This document shows positions 31,481 through 41,287 of a stretch of 44,578 bases of DNA, one piece after another. The position numbers and the translations under genes are program-made. Below the pieces are notes generated by a model that did no database searches, was not told where the DNA came from, and was given only the letters and a program-made list of their open reading frames with translations. Source of the stretch: a virus (lineage: Duplodnaviria > Heunggongvirae > Uroviricota > Caudoviricetes); IMG/VR virus record IMGVR_UViG_2728369181_000006, positions 1-44,578 of that record; one strand, written 5' to 3'. Position 1 is the first letter of the stretch. The number at the start of each line of letters is the position of its first letter.

Positions 31481-31516
31481 ACCGCGTTGTCGGCGGTGCA
31501 GATTGATAAAGAGCGG
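31481..31516 (-). promoter_or_regulatory. nutR: nutR (boxA plus boxB hairpin with GACAA-containing loop)
   Basis: Minus strand boxA-like CCGCTCTTTATC and hairpin accgc-cgacaac-gcggt between cro and cII. Confidence 0.45.
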
Positions 31517-31522
31517 TGTTAC

Positions 31523-31732
<210 letters not shown>

Positions 31733-31749
31733 TTAGTACATGCAATTAT

Positions 31750-31813
31750 TATCACCGCTAGAGGTAAAATAGTCAACACGCACGGTGTTAGATATTTATC
31801 CCTTGCGGTGATA
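31750..31813. promoter_or_regulatory. OR: Right operator OR1-OR2-OR3 with divergent promoters PR and PRM
   Basis: Three 17-bp sites: tatcaccgctagaggta (OR1, 31750-31766), caacacgcacggtgtta (OR2, 31774-31790), tatcccttgcggtgata (OR3, 31797-31813). Confidence 0.85.
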
Positions 31814-31820
31814 GATTTAA

Positions 31821-32537
<717 letters not shown>

Positions 32538-32544
32538 CACGTAA

Positions 32545-32982
32545 ATGATTAAAGAACGTATTTCTTATATCATTCCGATTGCGATGGATGAAGGCAACCC
32601 CGTAACTCCAGTTCTTATCTATGAAATGGATAAAGACTCCCATGAAGTGGATCTGTCATTTGGCGCTTTTTTTATCGGCCTTAAGGCTACAAAAAAATAT
32701 TCCATAGGCATTGAGGTTTTCAATGCTCAAGAAATACCGATACCAATTGACACAAAACTGTACTCCAACCATAAGTTTTTTACGGTAGCAGAAGCCAACG
32801 ATGGAGAAACCATCGTATCAACTTCTATGAGAATTAACTTCCCAAGGGTGAAAATTATCAAGCCTGGGATATTCGAAGTTAGAGCATCACTGGTTAATCC
32901 TGAGAAAGGCGAAGTAATTGATGTAAAAAGTTCGTTTTTTGACGTGAAGATAACAGGATCAGTTCGCGATGAGTTTAGATAA
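32545..32982 (+). CDS. Hypothetical 145-aa protein, first gene of a cI-linked cassette at the rexA position
   Basis: ATG 8 nt after cI stop; no recognisable family; predicted soluble. Confidence 0.5.
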   Translation: MIKERISYIIPIAMDEGNPVTPVLIYEMDKDSHEVDLSFGAFFIGLKATKKYSIGIEVFNAQEIPIPIDTKLYSNHKFFTVAEANDGETIVSTSMRINFPRVKIIKPGIFEVRASLVNPEKGEVIDVKSSFFDVKITGSVRDEFR

Positions 32983-33292
32983 CAAGGTTACTCAGCTTCG
33001 TCCAAATCAAAACATATCTCGCCCAATTGGACACTATCCAACTGATGATGCATACTCACGGCATGGTGGCGGCAATGGCGGAGGTGATGATGTGCTTCAA
33101 AGAGTGAAAGAACTCGAAAAAGATGTTCAGCAAATGAAAACCGACCTGGCTGTCATGCGCTCGAATTATGCAACCAAATCAGACGTAAGCGACGCGAAAA
33201 CTTCGATAATTCTATGGGTTGTAGGTGCGGTCGTATCCTCACAACTCATACCAGCAATCCCCAAAATACTTGAAGTGTTTTTCCATAAATAA
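32969..33292 (+). CDS. Hypothetical 107-aa protein with coiled-coil and C-terminal TM helix (XhlA-like architecture), second gene of the cI-linked cassette
   Basis: ATG overlapping the upstream gene by 14 nt; Gly-rich N-terminus, LQRVKELEKDVQQMKTDLAVMRSNYATK coiled coil, hydrophobic tail SIILWVVGAVVSSQLIPAIPKIL. Confidence 0.5.
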   Translation: MSLDNKVTQLRPNQNISRPIGHYPTDDAYSRHGGGNGGGDDVLQRVKELEKDVQQMKTDLAVMRSNYATKSDVSDAKTSIILWVVGAVVSSQLIPAIPKILEVFFHK

Positions 33293-33295
33293 CAA

Positions 33296-33321
33296 CCCGG
33301 CCTCAGTGCCGGGTTTTCTTT
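33296..33321 (+). terminator. Rho-independent terminator ending the cI operon (timm-like)
   Basis: cccggc-ctcagt-gccggg followed by ttttctttg. Confidence 0.6.
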
Positions 33322-33473
33322 GCCTCTCGATCCCCACACCTAATAACACCATAACCAATTGTATTTATTGAAAAATTGATAGATACAACTTGCTAAACAG
33401 TGCAATTCTGATCCCTCACCTACCAAACAATGCACCCCTGCAAAAAATAAATCCATATAAAAAACATACAGAT

Positions 33474-33536
33474 AACCATCTGCGGTGATAAATTATCTCT
33501 GGCGGTGTTGACACATATACCACTAGCGGTGATACT
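33474..33536 (+). promoter_or_regulatory. OL: Left operator OL3-OL2-OL1 with promoter pL
   Basis: Sites aaccatctgcggtgata (33474-33490), tatctctggcggtgttg (33494-33510), taccactagcggtgata (33518-33534); -35 TTGACA 33508-33513 and -10 GATACT 33531-33536 with 17-bp spacer. Confidence 0.85.
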
Positions 33537-33581
33537 AAACACATCAGCAGGAAGCTGGAAGCCAAACGGAACAGATTGGCA

Positions 33582-33616
33582 GGCTCTTTAACTTCGATGG
33601 GGCGCTGACAAAGCGC
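33582..33616 (+). promoter_or_regulatory. nutL: nutL (boxA plus boxB hairpin gcgct-GACAA-agcgc)
   Basis: boxA-like ggctctttaac followed by a 5-bp stem with GACAA pentaloop, the P22-type boxB, matching the P22-type N downstream. Confidence 0.6.
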
Positions 33617-33735
33617 AAACAGATACCAAACGAGATGGGTTTGGCGGTGATGTGAATTGCAGCTGCAACGACAGCAACCAGAAGATCAGCATCTGGCGCA
33701 TCACCACCAAAGCCATTTCACATGAGGAAAACATC

Positions 33736-34077
33736 ATGACGGTAATCGTGTACGGAAAATCAACATTTGTAGGAAATGCCAAAACTCGCCGTCATGAGCG
33801 GCGCAGAAAGCTGGCTATCGAGCGTGATGCTATCTGTAACATCATTGATTCTATCTTCGGCACAGACAGTGAGGAACCTGTTCAGGAAGCCCCAAGAAAG
33901 CGTTTAAGCCTTTCTGAAAAAGCAATATCACTCGGAAGCCTTCGCTGCAAGAAGTCAAAGTCAGAAGAAGTCGAGCGTAAACAGAACCGTATTTACTACC
34001 GCAAGCCACGCAGTGAAATGGGTGTGACTTGTGTTGGTCGCCAGAAAATGAAATTAGGCAGCAAACCACTTATTTGA
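33736..34077 (+). CDS. N: Antiterminator N (P22 gene 24-type), 113 aa
   Basis: Arginine-rich motif GNAKTRRHERRRKLAIER at the N-terminus; C-terminus GVTCVGRQKMKLGSKPLI similar to lambda N; GAGGAA RBS; start at internal ATG 33736. Confidence 0.8.
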   Translation: MTVIVYGKSTFVGNAKTRRHERRRKLAIERDAICNIIDSIFGTDSEEPVQEAPRKRLSLSEKAISLGSLRCKKSKSEEVERKQNRIYYRKPRSEMGVTCVGRQKMKLGSKPLI

Positions 34078-34088
34078 GAGGAATTAAT

Positions 34089-34712
34089 ATGTCATCAATC
34101 CGCTTAACTACGAGAATGAAAGAGAAAATCGCTCGTAACGCTTTAATTAAGTCTGGGGTTTTCACTGAGCTTGAAGAAGTAACAAAGTTAAAGAACCAGC
34201 TTGCACTTGACGCCAGAGTTATTGCGTTTGGCGGTAAAAAGAAAACTGAGGAAGTGGATCAGTTATCATCCAAGTTGGTAGCTATAAGTGAAGAACTTGG
34301 AAAGATGGGATGTTCATTTTACTCATACGATTTTCGTTCTACTTCAATTTATCTGACTGTATCTGGCAGAAGGGTTGGATGGCATTCATATGAGAAAGAC
34401 GGCAACGGCGAAGATATATTTCTCCCTACTCCGATAAAAGATAAATGCATGTTTGACGCAGAGCACGAAATAACAAAAAGGTTTGATGAAATCTGCTCAT
34501 TACAACAAAAACTTGAAGCCAAGAAAAAGGATATCGAATCAAATGTATGGGCTGCTTTAAACTCAGTCACAACAGTTAAGCGACTTATTGAGGTTTGGCC
34601 TGAAAGCAAAGAGTTGCTACCAAAAGAAGCAGATAAAGCAAGTACAGCACTTCCTGCTTTACGGGTAGAAGATTTGAATAAGATGATTGGACTTCCTTCC
34701 GAGGCCGCATAG
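34089..34712 (+). CDS. Hypothetical early protein, 207 aa
   Basis: ATG 34089 with GAGAGGAA RBS directly after N; no recognisable family. Confidence 0.5.
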   Translation: MSSIRLTTRMKEKIARNALIKSGVFTELEEVTKLKNQLALDARVIAFGGKKKTEEVDQLSSKLVAISEELGKMGCSFYSYDFRSTSIYLTVSGRRVGWHSYEKDGNGEDIFLPTPIKDKCMFDAEHEITKRFDEICSLQQKLEAKKKDIESNVWAALNSVTTVKRLIEVWPESKELLPKEADKASTALPALRVEDLNKMIGLPSEAA

Positions 34713-34749
34713 TCGGCCTTTATTTTTGGCATAAACAACAGAGGCTAAC

Positions 34750-35046
34750 ATGGAATTTAAAGGTACTGAAGGTAAGTGGGAAATAATGATGGATGGCGAT
34801 GAGATTAAAATCATCCAGGCAGACTCACTTGAAAATGGCGCAGGCTGGCGTTCGTATATTGCAATCTGTGAGGAAGTTAAATGTATTGAAGATGCCAATC
34901 TAATAGCGGCAGCACCTGACCTTCTCGAAGCACTTCAGTTATTACTTAAGCAATCCAAAAATAGAACAACGACAACATATCCAGAATGGTATGGAGCTGT
35001 TAATAAAGGTCTTGCAGCAATCAGAAAAGCTCTTGGGGATAAGTAA
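34750..35046 (+). CDS. Hypothetical early protein, 98 aa
   Basis: ATG with AGAGG RBS. Confidence 0.45.
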   Translation: MEFKGTEGKWEIMMDGDEIKIIQADSLENGAGWRSYIAICEEVKCIEDANLIAAAPDLLEALQLLLKQSKNRTTTTYPEWYGAVNKGLAAIRKALGDK

Positions 35047-35234
35047 TGAAAGTAAAAATAACTGCTTCTAATACCAGTTTTGTTAGTGTTGGTGATATTA
35101 CAGAAGTAATAACAAACCATGATGGAACCCAAGTTATGTGGTCTGATTTTTGTAAAAGATATGAGCGAGTTAGTTGGTGTAAAAACGTATGGGGAGTCGA
35201 ATACGAAGAATTACCTGAAATGCATGACGAATAA
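35046..35234 (+). CDS. Hypothetical early protein, 62 aa
   Basis: TAATG overlap with upstream gene. Confidence 0.4.
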   Translation: MKVKITASNTSFVSVGDITEVITNHDGTQVMWSDFCKRYERVSWCKNVWGVEYEELPEMHDE

Positions 35235-35328
35235 GCACTGTGTATTCATCCAACGAGTGAATACACGGAGCAATGTCGCTCGTAACTAAACAGGAGCCGA
35301 CTTGTTCTGATTATTGGAAATCTTCTTT

Positions 35329-35355
35329 GCCCTCCAGTGTGAGGGCGATTTTTTA
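35329..35355 (+). terminator. Rho-independent terminator within the early-left operon
   Basis: gccctc-cagtgt-gagggc followed by gattttttat. Confidence 0.55.
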
Positions 35356-35374
35356 TCTGTGAGGATATGAACAG

Positions 35375-35743
35375 ATGTCAAACATCAAAAAATACATCAT
35401 TGATTACGACTGGAAAGCATCAATAGAAATTGAAATCGACCATGACGTAATGACAGAGGAAAAACTTCACCAGATTAATAATTTCTGGTCAGACTCTGAA
35501 TACCGACTCAATAAACACGGCGCTGTATTAAATGCTGTATTAATCATGCTGGCGCAACATGCTCTGCTTATAGCAATTTCGCAAGACTTAAATGCATATG
35601 GTGTTGTTTGTGAGTTCGACTGGGATGATGGAAATGGTCAGGAAGGATGGCCTCCAATGGATGGTAGTGAAGGAATAAGAATTACCGATATCGATACATC
35701 AGGAATATTTGATTCAGATGATATGACTATCAAAGCCGCCTGA
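35375..35743 (+). CDS. Hypothetical early protein with acidic C-terminal region, 122 aa
   Basis: ATG with GAGGA RBS; C-terminus rich in D/E/G. Confidence 0.45.
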   Translation: MSNIKKYIIDYDWKASIEIEIDHDVMTEEKLHQINNFWSDSEYRLNKHGAVLNAVLIMLAQHALLIAISQDLNAYGVVCEFDWDDGNGQEGWPPMDGSEGIRITDIDTSGIFDSDDMTIKAA

Positions 35744-35818
35744 GCGCGGCTTTACCGCATACCAATAATGCTTCACGAGAGGCATTTTCGTTATGCAATC
35801 AAATATAAGGAGTTACCC

Positions 35819-35953
35819 ATGATGCACTTTCAGCTCGCGGGTAGCGGCGTCATGTCCGCTTTCTACCCGCACGAATCTGAATTATCACGCCGAGTTAAAC
35901 AATTAATCAGAGCAGCAAAGAAACAACTGGAGGCGTTATGCGCAATGAAATAG
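35819..35953 (+). CDS. cIII: CIII-like small protein (putative FtsH inhibitor), 44 aa
   Basis: MMHFQLAGSGVM...HESELSRRVKQLIRAAKKQL resembles the lambda CIII amphipathic core; AAGGAG RBS; directly upstream of and overlapping the kil-like gene as in lambda. Confidence 0.35.
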   Translation: MMHFQLAGSGVMSAFYPHESELSRRVKQLIRAAKKQLEALCAMK

Positions 35954-36090
35954 CCATTAATCACCAGATGCTTCGTGCTGCACAGAACAAAGCAGTAATA
36001 GCCCGATTTATTGGTGATTCAAAAATGTGGCTTGAAGCAAATAAAGCGATGAAATCAGCTATCAACCTTCCGTGGTATCGCAGGAAATGA
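35938..36090 (+). CDS. kil: Kil-like small protein, 50 aa
   Basis: …AVIARFIGDSKMWLEANKAM… resembles lambda Kil (…IATFIGDEKMFREA…) as recalled; overlaps the cIII-like stop. Confidence 0.35.
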   Translation: MRNEIAINHQMLRAAQNKAVIARFIGDSKMWLEANKAMKSAINLPWYRRK

Positions 36091-36194
36091 GTTTTACAGA
36101 TAACTGGTCAGACGAAGAATTCATTCGTCAGATGAACAAAATGCTCAATCAGCACAAAGAACAGGAGAAAGATGATGATTCTGACTCTGAATGA
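36087..36194 (+). CDS. Small acidic ORF, 35 aa
   Basis: ATGA overlap with kil-like stop. Confidence 0.25.
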   Translation: MSFTDNWSDEEFIRQMNKMLNQHKEQEKDDDSDSE

Positions 36195-36483
36195 TAAGCG
36201 TGAAATATCGCAAATAATCGCAAGTTTTACTGATGAAGATTACGAACGAATCAACAGTGAAGTTGATCGTCTCTGCAAACGTTGCGACCCAATAAGCGAA
36301 ATGCTTCGCTCATATAAACCAGATGAACACACTAAGGACGCTATCGACTGGCTGGAAGATGATGACTGTAACTATCAGGAAAAAGCCGCTGAATGGTTCT
36401 GGGATGCAATAACCGAAAGAGTTAAGGCTGAATATGCCTTCGCAATATTCAAACGCAGACACATTTATGGAGAAGCAGCATGA
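36172..36483 (+). CDS. Hypothetical protein, 103 aa
   Basis: ATG with AGGAGAAA RBS; stop overlaps recT start. Confidence 0.45.
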   Translation: MMILTLNDKREISQIIASFTDEDYERINSEVDRLCKRCDPISEMLRSYKPDEHTKDAIDWLEDDDCNYQEKAAEWFWDAITERVKAEYAFAIFKRRHIYGEAA

Positions 36484-37391
36484 GCAATATCGTTGAATTC
36501 GTTAAACAGCAGGAGCAGTTATTCTGCGGAGCATTGACTGAACAGACGGTGACATGGGCTAAGGAAAGCCAGTTTGCAATTCAGTATTTCCAGAAAAATG
36601 ATTACCTGGCTAAAACAGCACTGGCAAACCCAACCAGCGCACAGAACGCCATCATCAATGTTGCGGCGATCGGCATCACCTTAAACCCGGCCAGCAAACT
36701 TGCTTATCTAGTTCCGCGAGACGGCATGGTTTGCCTTGATATCAGCTATATGGGATTGCTCCATATTGCAATGGAGTCTGGTGTTATCTCATGGGGTCAG
36801 GCAAAACTTGTTCATGCTAACGATACCTATGAGTCAAACGGGCTTGATAAAGCACCAACCCATAAATACAACGCCTTCGGTGATCGTGGTGATATCGTTG
36901 GCGTTTACTGCACAGTTAAGACGCCAGCAGGTGATTATCTAACGGAAGAGATGAGTCTGGCTGAAATTGAGGCTGTAAGGAAAACAAGCAAGGCAGCATT
37001 CAGCGATAAAGGACCATGGGTAAATCACTGGAATGAGATGGCGCGAAAGACGGTCGTAAAGCGTGCAAGCAAGTATTGGCCTAAGGCATCACGTCTTGAT
37101 AGTGCTATTCACGTACTAAACGAAGAAGAAGGTGTATGGACTGAACCAGTTATGCCGCACAAATCAGAGGAAGATATCCGCGAAGATGAACGGAAACGCC
37201 AGCAGGAAATTATGGAAAAAGCACAACTTCTTTGTGATGAAATGGCTCAGGCTGAAAACATGGATGATTTGAAGCGATATTTTGCAGAAGCATATCGCCT
37301 GACATCTGGAATGAAATTGCAGCAGAACGTACAAGCCATTTACATAGAATGCAAAGCGAAACTGGAGGTTGCCAGTGAGCAAACTGTATGA
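36480..37391 (+). CDS. recT: RecT-family single-strand annealing recombinase, 303 aa
   Basis: RecT signature region (…AQNAIINVAAIGITLNPASKLAYLVPRDG…YMGLLHIAMESG…). Confidence 0.8.
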   Translation: MSNIVEFVKQQEQLFCGALTEQTVTWAKESQFAIQYFQKNDYLAKTALANPTSAQNAIINVAAIGITLNPASKLAYLVPRDGMVCLDISYMGLLHIAMESGVISWGQAKLVHANDTYESNGLDKAPTHKYNAFGDRGDIVGVYCTVKTPAGDYLTEEMSLAEIEAVRKTSKAAFSDKGPWVNHWNEMARKTVVKRASKYWPKASRLDSAIHVLNEEEGVWTEPVMPHKSEEDIREDERKRQQEIMEKAQLLCDEMAQAENMDDLKRYFAEAYRLTSGMKLQQNVQAIYIECKAKLEVASEQTV

Positions 37392-37857
37392 AATTGCCAA
37401 TGAATACGCAAAATTGATGGATTCAGATTTAGAACCAGAGATGATTGCTGACACAATAGAAGGCATGGAAGGAGAATTTACCGATAAAATAGAGCAACTT
37501 CTTTCCGTCATTAAAAATGAATCTGGTTATGCTGAACGCCTCAAGGAAGAGGCAAAGTCACTGAATGAGCGAGCCGCAGTAATTCAAAATAAGATTGACA
37601 GCATCAAATCATATATAGCGTCATCGCTTGAAATGGTTGGCAAGAAAAATATTCGAGCAGGTATTCACCAGGTAACAATCCGCAAACCGTCAGAAACTGT
37701 AGAAATCATCGACTCAAGCGCCCTTCCTCCTGAATACGTTGAGTTTGAAACGACAATTAAAGCCGACAAACTGGCAATCAAACACCAACTAAAAGCAGGA
37801 ATAAATATCCCCGGCGCTCAACTCAAAGTTGGGAAACCTTCACTTCTTATCAAATAA
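37375..37857 (+). CDS. Gp157-family protein (commonly paired with phage recombinases)
   Basis: GTG start 6 nt after GGAGG; coiled-coil protein immediately downstream of recT. Confidence 0.5.
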   Translation: MSKLYEIANEYAKLMDSDLEPEMIADTIEGMEGEFTDKIEQLLSVIKNESGYAERLKEEAKSLNERAAVIQNKIDSIKSYIASSLEMVGKKNIRAGIHQVTIRKPSETVEIIDSSALPPEYVEFETTIKADKLAIKHQLKAGINIPGAQLKVGKPSLLIK

Positions 37858-37868
37858 CGGTATCGACT

Positions 37869-38183
37869 ATGAAAAAGACTCCATGGGAGAAATGGGAAGT
37901 CGATTTCTTGCGCGAAGTGGCGGCGACAATGCCAGTTGAAGTTATCGCTGAAAAACTGGAAAGGACTGAAAAAGCAGTAATGGCGAAAGCAACAAGGATT
38001 GGAGCTGACATTGTTAGCCGACTTCGTGGAAGACGCTGGACAAGAGCCGAAGTATCACTTTTCGGTAAGTTCTCCGCAGAAGAAATAGCAATTGCAACCT
38101 GCCGCTCAATTTATTCAGTAAGAGCTATGCGATACAAGCTAAAAAAACTCGATGAAGAAAGAGCAGGCATACGAATAAATTAA
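37869..38183 (+). CDS. Hypothetical protein, 104 aa
   Basis: ATG ORF; basic; unknown function. Confidence 0.45.
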   Translation: MKKTPWEKWEVDFLREVAATMPVEVIAEKLERTEKAVMAKATRIGADIVSRLRGRRWTRAEVSLFGKFSAEEIAIATCRSIYSVRAMRYKLKKLDEERAGIRIN

Positions 38184-38199
38184 CATGGAGTAATTAACA

Positions 38200-38481
38200 A
38201 TGAAGCTAAACATCGACCTCGGAAAATACGTTATTACTGGAACAAAACACGACCTGATTCTTAATGAAAGAGGAATTATCAAAGAAGGCGAGAATGCAGG
38301 GAAAGAAACACTAAGCCGTATCGGTTATTACAGCAAGTTTGAGCATCTGGTTAAAGAGTTATGCAACCGTGAAATCCTGTTATCTCAGGCGCAGACGCTA
38401 CAGGATATTCAGCAGCATATCGAGACTTTAGGTGTGTCACTTAGCATGGCTATTGACCAGTTCGAGGAGAGTAAATCATGA
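38200..38481 (+). CDS. Hypothetical protein, 93 aa
   Basis: ATG ORF with GGAG RBS. Confidence 0.45.
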   Translation: MKLNIDLGKYVITGTKHDLILNERGIIKEGENAGKETLSRIGYYSKFEHLVKELCNREILLSQAQTLQDIQQHIETLGVSLSMAIDQFEESKS

Positions 38482-38642
38482 GAGGACTTGCCTACAATCC
38501 CGGCATTCTTCCGGCAGAAATGATTATTCGCCAACGCGTAAAGCCAATGCCATCGAGAGAGGAATTGCTTAAGAGAAATTCTTTTCCATCAGTGAATCAA
38601 AACAAATATCTGAATGCGATGTGGCGGAGTGGGAAGAAATGA
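38478..38642 (+). CDS. Small ORF, 54 aa
   Basis: ATGA overlaps at both ends, GAGGAGAG RBS. Confidence 0.35.
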   Translation: MRGLAYNPGILPAEMIIRQRVKPMPSREELLKRNSFPSVNQNKYLNAMWRSGKK

Positions 38643-39235
38643 AACAAATGTCACTAATTGAGATGGATGGATTTCTGAAAGGTAAATGCATCCCACGAGA
38701 TTTAAAGGTTAACGAAACAAACGCTGAATATCTGGTGCGTAAATTTGCTGAAGCGGAGGCCAAGATTTCGGCTCTGTACGAAGACCACCAGAAAGCGATT
38801 GAGTCAATTAAGCAGGCTGATGCAGCTGTTAAGTTGGCACACGAGAAGTTTTCGGCGCTGGCGGCGGAGAATGAGGCGTTGAAGTCGAACCTGATTTACT
38901 GGGGCGGCGAAGATTCAGAGCCCGTCAGAAGCCCGCTTGATTACGCCCATGAAGCCAGGCTGAAATCTGGAGAGGAGTTTGAGATGCAAGTGGCAGCCAG
39001 AATGCCGAACCTAACTTATCGCGTTGTGTCCAGTTCCCGGTTCAAAACAGAAATAGAACTGATTGGCGGATTATTGCCGGAAACACCAGCCACCAACGCT
39101 TTCCTGGCTGAAGTAAGGGCGCAGGGTGTGGAGATGTTCTCTGAGAAATTTGGTGGAGGAACTCTATTATCCAGCATGGTTAAAGAGACCGCCAAAGAGT
39201 TCTCCGCCCAGCTTCGCAAAGGAGGCAACAAGTGA
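38639..39235 (+). CDS. Hypothetical protein, 198 aa
   Basis: ATG 38639 (the ORF-track start at 38621 is GTG); coiled-coil central region. Confidence 0.45.
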   Translation: MKQMSLIEMDGFLKGKCIPRDLKVNETNAEYLVRKFAEAEAKISALYEDHQKAIESIKQADAAVKLAHEKFSALAAENEALKSNLIYWGGEDSEPVRSPLDYAHEARLKSGEEFEMQVAARMPNLTYRVVSSSRFKTEIELIGGLLPETPATNAFLAEVRAQGVEMFSEKFGGGTLLSSMVKETAKEFSAQLRKGGNK

Positions 39236-39777
39236 GTGTAACGGTTGAAAAGATTGATGTGTTGTCATTCGTTATAACCGGTGCAGAGAGACTAGATCCG
39301 GTTCGAGTGATGATTGAAAACTACGAACCTGGAAAGGGAAGAATCACCATCACCTGCTACGGAAAAGCGTGGACTGCGGCTTGGTTTGCTATGGGCGGTG
39401 ATGATGTGCAGACGTTCATTAAGCGAGTTAGCAACGATTATCTAATCGACAATTTCGCCCCCCAACTGCTAAGCACGGTCGACGATGACAACGATGCAAA
39501 TCTGCTTTTCGTGAAGTCAGAAATCATAAAGTTACGAAGAGAGAGAGAAATCGACGCCGTACTGGCTCGCGAAATGTGGGACGAGGCGGAAAACGCCGAT
39601 GACATAAAAGAAAGCTGCTGCTGTTTCGGCGTCGGTAACAAACTACTGAATCTCTTTGGTGATGATCCGTGGTGTGCCAACTGGCCAACGATACCAAACC
39701 CGAAATACCAGTATCTGGAACGCGTACTTAATGCAGTGAGAGACGGTCTTAAGCAAATAGAGAAGGTGGAACCATGA
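39232..39777 (+). CDS. Hypothetical protein, 181 aa
   Basis: GTG start after AGGAGG, GTGA overlap with upstream stop. Confidence 0.45.
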   Translation: MSVTVEKIDVLSFVITGAERLDPVRVMIENYEPGKGRITITCYGKAWTAAWFAMGGDDVQTFIKRVSNDYLIDNFAPQLLSTVDDDNDANLLFVKSEIIKLRREREIDAVLAREMWDEAENADDIKESCCCFGVGNKLLNLFGDDPWCANWPTIPNPKYQYLERVLNAVRDGLKQIEKVEP

Positions 39778-40073
39778 CTGTATGTCTTATTGATAAACGT
39801 CGACGTGGGCAACAAATACCATCTGTTGAAATGCCGAATCACACATGGTTTTGCGTACTTGATATCGATGGCATGGATAAGTTTGTCGACACTCGTCATT
39901 ACTGCGATACCGCAACAGCTACTCCGGCGAAAGCAAAGAAAATGGCTGCTCTGATAGAAAACTGGACTCCACCTGATGGTTGGTGCAATGGGAATGATCG
40001 AGATTGGCATGAAAAAATGAAGGGCTATATCTGCGATTTCTTACGTAAATGCAACGGCTTCAGGGTGATGTGA
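39774..40073 (+). CDS. Hypothetical protein, 99 aa
   Basis: ATG ORF overlapping the upstream stop. Confidence 0.45.
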   Translation: MTVCLIDKRRRGQQIPSVEMPNHTWFCVLDIDGMDKFVDTRHYCDTATATPAKAKKMAALIENWTPPDGWCNGNDRDWHEKMKGYICDFLRKCNGFRVM

Positions 40074-40074
40074 T

Positions 40075-40758
40075 ATGGCCAAAATTAACTATCAGGCACT
40101 GCGTGAAAAGGCAGAGAAAGCAACGTGTGGTGAGTGGTCGCTCGAATATGGAGAGGAGAGATTTGATGCTGGTGATGCGCTAATTCATCGTGAAGTTGTT
40201 GGATATCTTCCCATTTGCAGAATTGAAGGAGCGCATCCTGAAAGCGGTTTCGATGAAGATTTCCAAATGGAACAGCAGGCCAATGCTGAATTCATCGCTG
40301 CAGCCAATCCGGCTACCGTGCTGGAACTACTGGATGAACGGGAAAGAAACCAGCAATACATCAAACGCCGTGACCAGGAGAACGAGGATATTTCGCTAAC
40401 GGTTGGGAAGCTGCGCGTTGAGCTTGAAACAGCAAAATCAAAACTCAACGAGCAGCGTGAATATTATGAGGGAGTAATCGCGGATGGAAGTAAGCGCATA
40501 GCAGAACTGGAAAGCAACGAAGTCCGTGAAGTCGGAAATCAGTTTCTTGTTGTTCGCCATCCTGGGAAAACTCCTGTCATCAAGCACTGCACTGGTGACC
40601 TGGAAGAGTTTCTGCGGAAGTTAATCGAACAAGACCCGTTAGTAACTATCGACATCATTACGAATCGCTATTACGGGATTGGCGGTCAATGGGTTCAGGA
40701 TGCAGTTGAGTATCTGCATATGATGTCTGACGCTGGCATTCGCATCAAAGGAGAGTGA
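40075..40758 (+). CDS. Ead/Ea22-like protein, 227 aa
   Basis: N-terminus MAKINYQALREKAEKATCGEW and central coiled coil are characteristic of the Ead/Ea22 family as recalled. Confidence 0.5.
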   Translation: MAKINYQALREKAEKATCGEWSLEYGEERFDAGDALIHREVVGYLPICRIEGAHPESGFDEDFQMEQQANAEFIAAANPATVLELLDERERNQQYIKRRDQENEDISLTVGKLRVELETAKSKLNEQREYYEGVIADGSKRIAELESNEVREVGNQFLVVRHPGKTPVIKHCTGDLEEFLRKLIEQDPLVTIDIITNRYYGIGGQWVQDAVEYLHMMSDAGIRIKGE

Positions 40759-40759
40759 T

Positions 40760-41287
40760 ATGACCACTATTACCAGAAAAGAACAAAAGCAAGTTCTCAT
40801 AGATACAGCTAATCACGTAATCAACCGTGATAATACTTCACCATATAGCGAAAATCTTAGGGAACTGGCACGAATTGCGCTGGCATCGCTGGAAGCAGAG
40901 CCTATAAGCCAAACTTACAACTTGCCACAAACGCACTTTGAACAGGTTGCTGACCTTTACGAAATGCAATTTGAGGATGGACGCACTTGTACCTTTCACA
41001 CTGATGCGCAAAAGGCTGTGCAATGGCTTCAGGCGTGCGACGGAAACAGGGTTCAGGAATACGTTAAGCTGGAACGATTGCAGAACGCACTGTCTGGCAA
41101 CTCTCCGGTAACTCCGGATGGTTGGGTTATGGTGCCGAAGGAGTTAACCCCGGAAATGATGAGAGCCGTTCAGATTAGAAGTGAGCTTGGAGGGTATGCC
41201 ACTTCCAATCTATCTGGTGCATACAATATGTTTTCTGAGTTCTGGAATGTTGCTGTCTCAGCTGCGCCTAAGGTGGATGATTTATGA
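40760..41287 (+). CDS. Hypothetical protein, 175 aa
   Basis: ATG ORF; contains the common phage motif …VPKELTPEMMRAV…. Confidence 0.45.
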   Translation: MTTITRKEQKQVLIDTANHVINRDNTSPYSENLRELARIALASLEAEPISQTYNLPQTHFEQVADLYEMQFEDGRTCTFHTDAQKAVQWLQACDGNRVQEYVKLERLQNALSGNSPVTPDGWVMVPKELTPEMMRAVQIRSELGGYATSNLSGAYNMFSEFWNVAVSAAPKVDDL

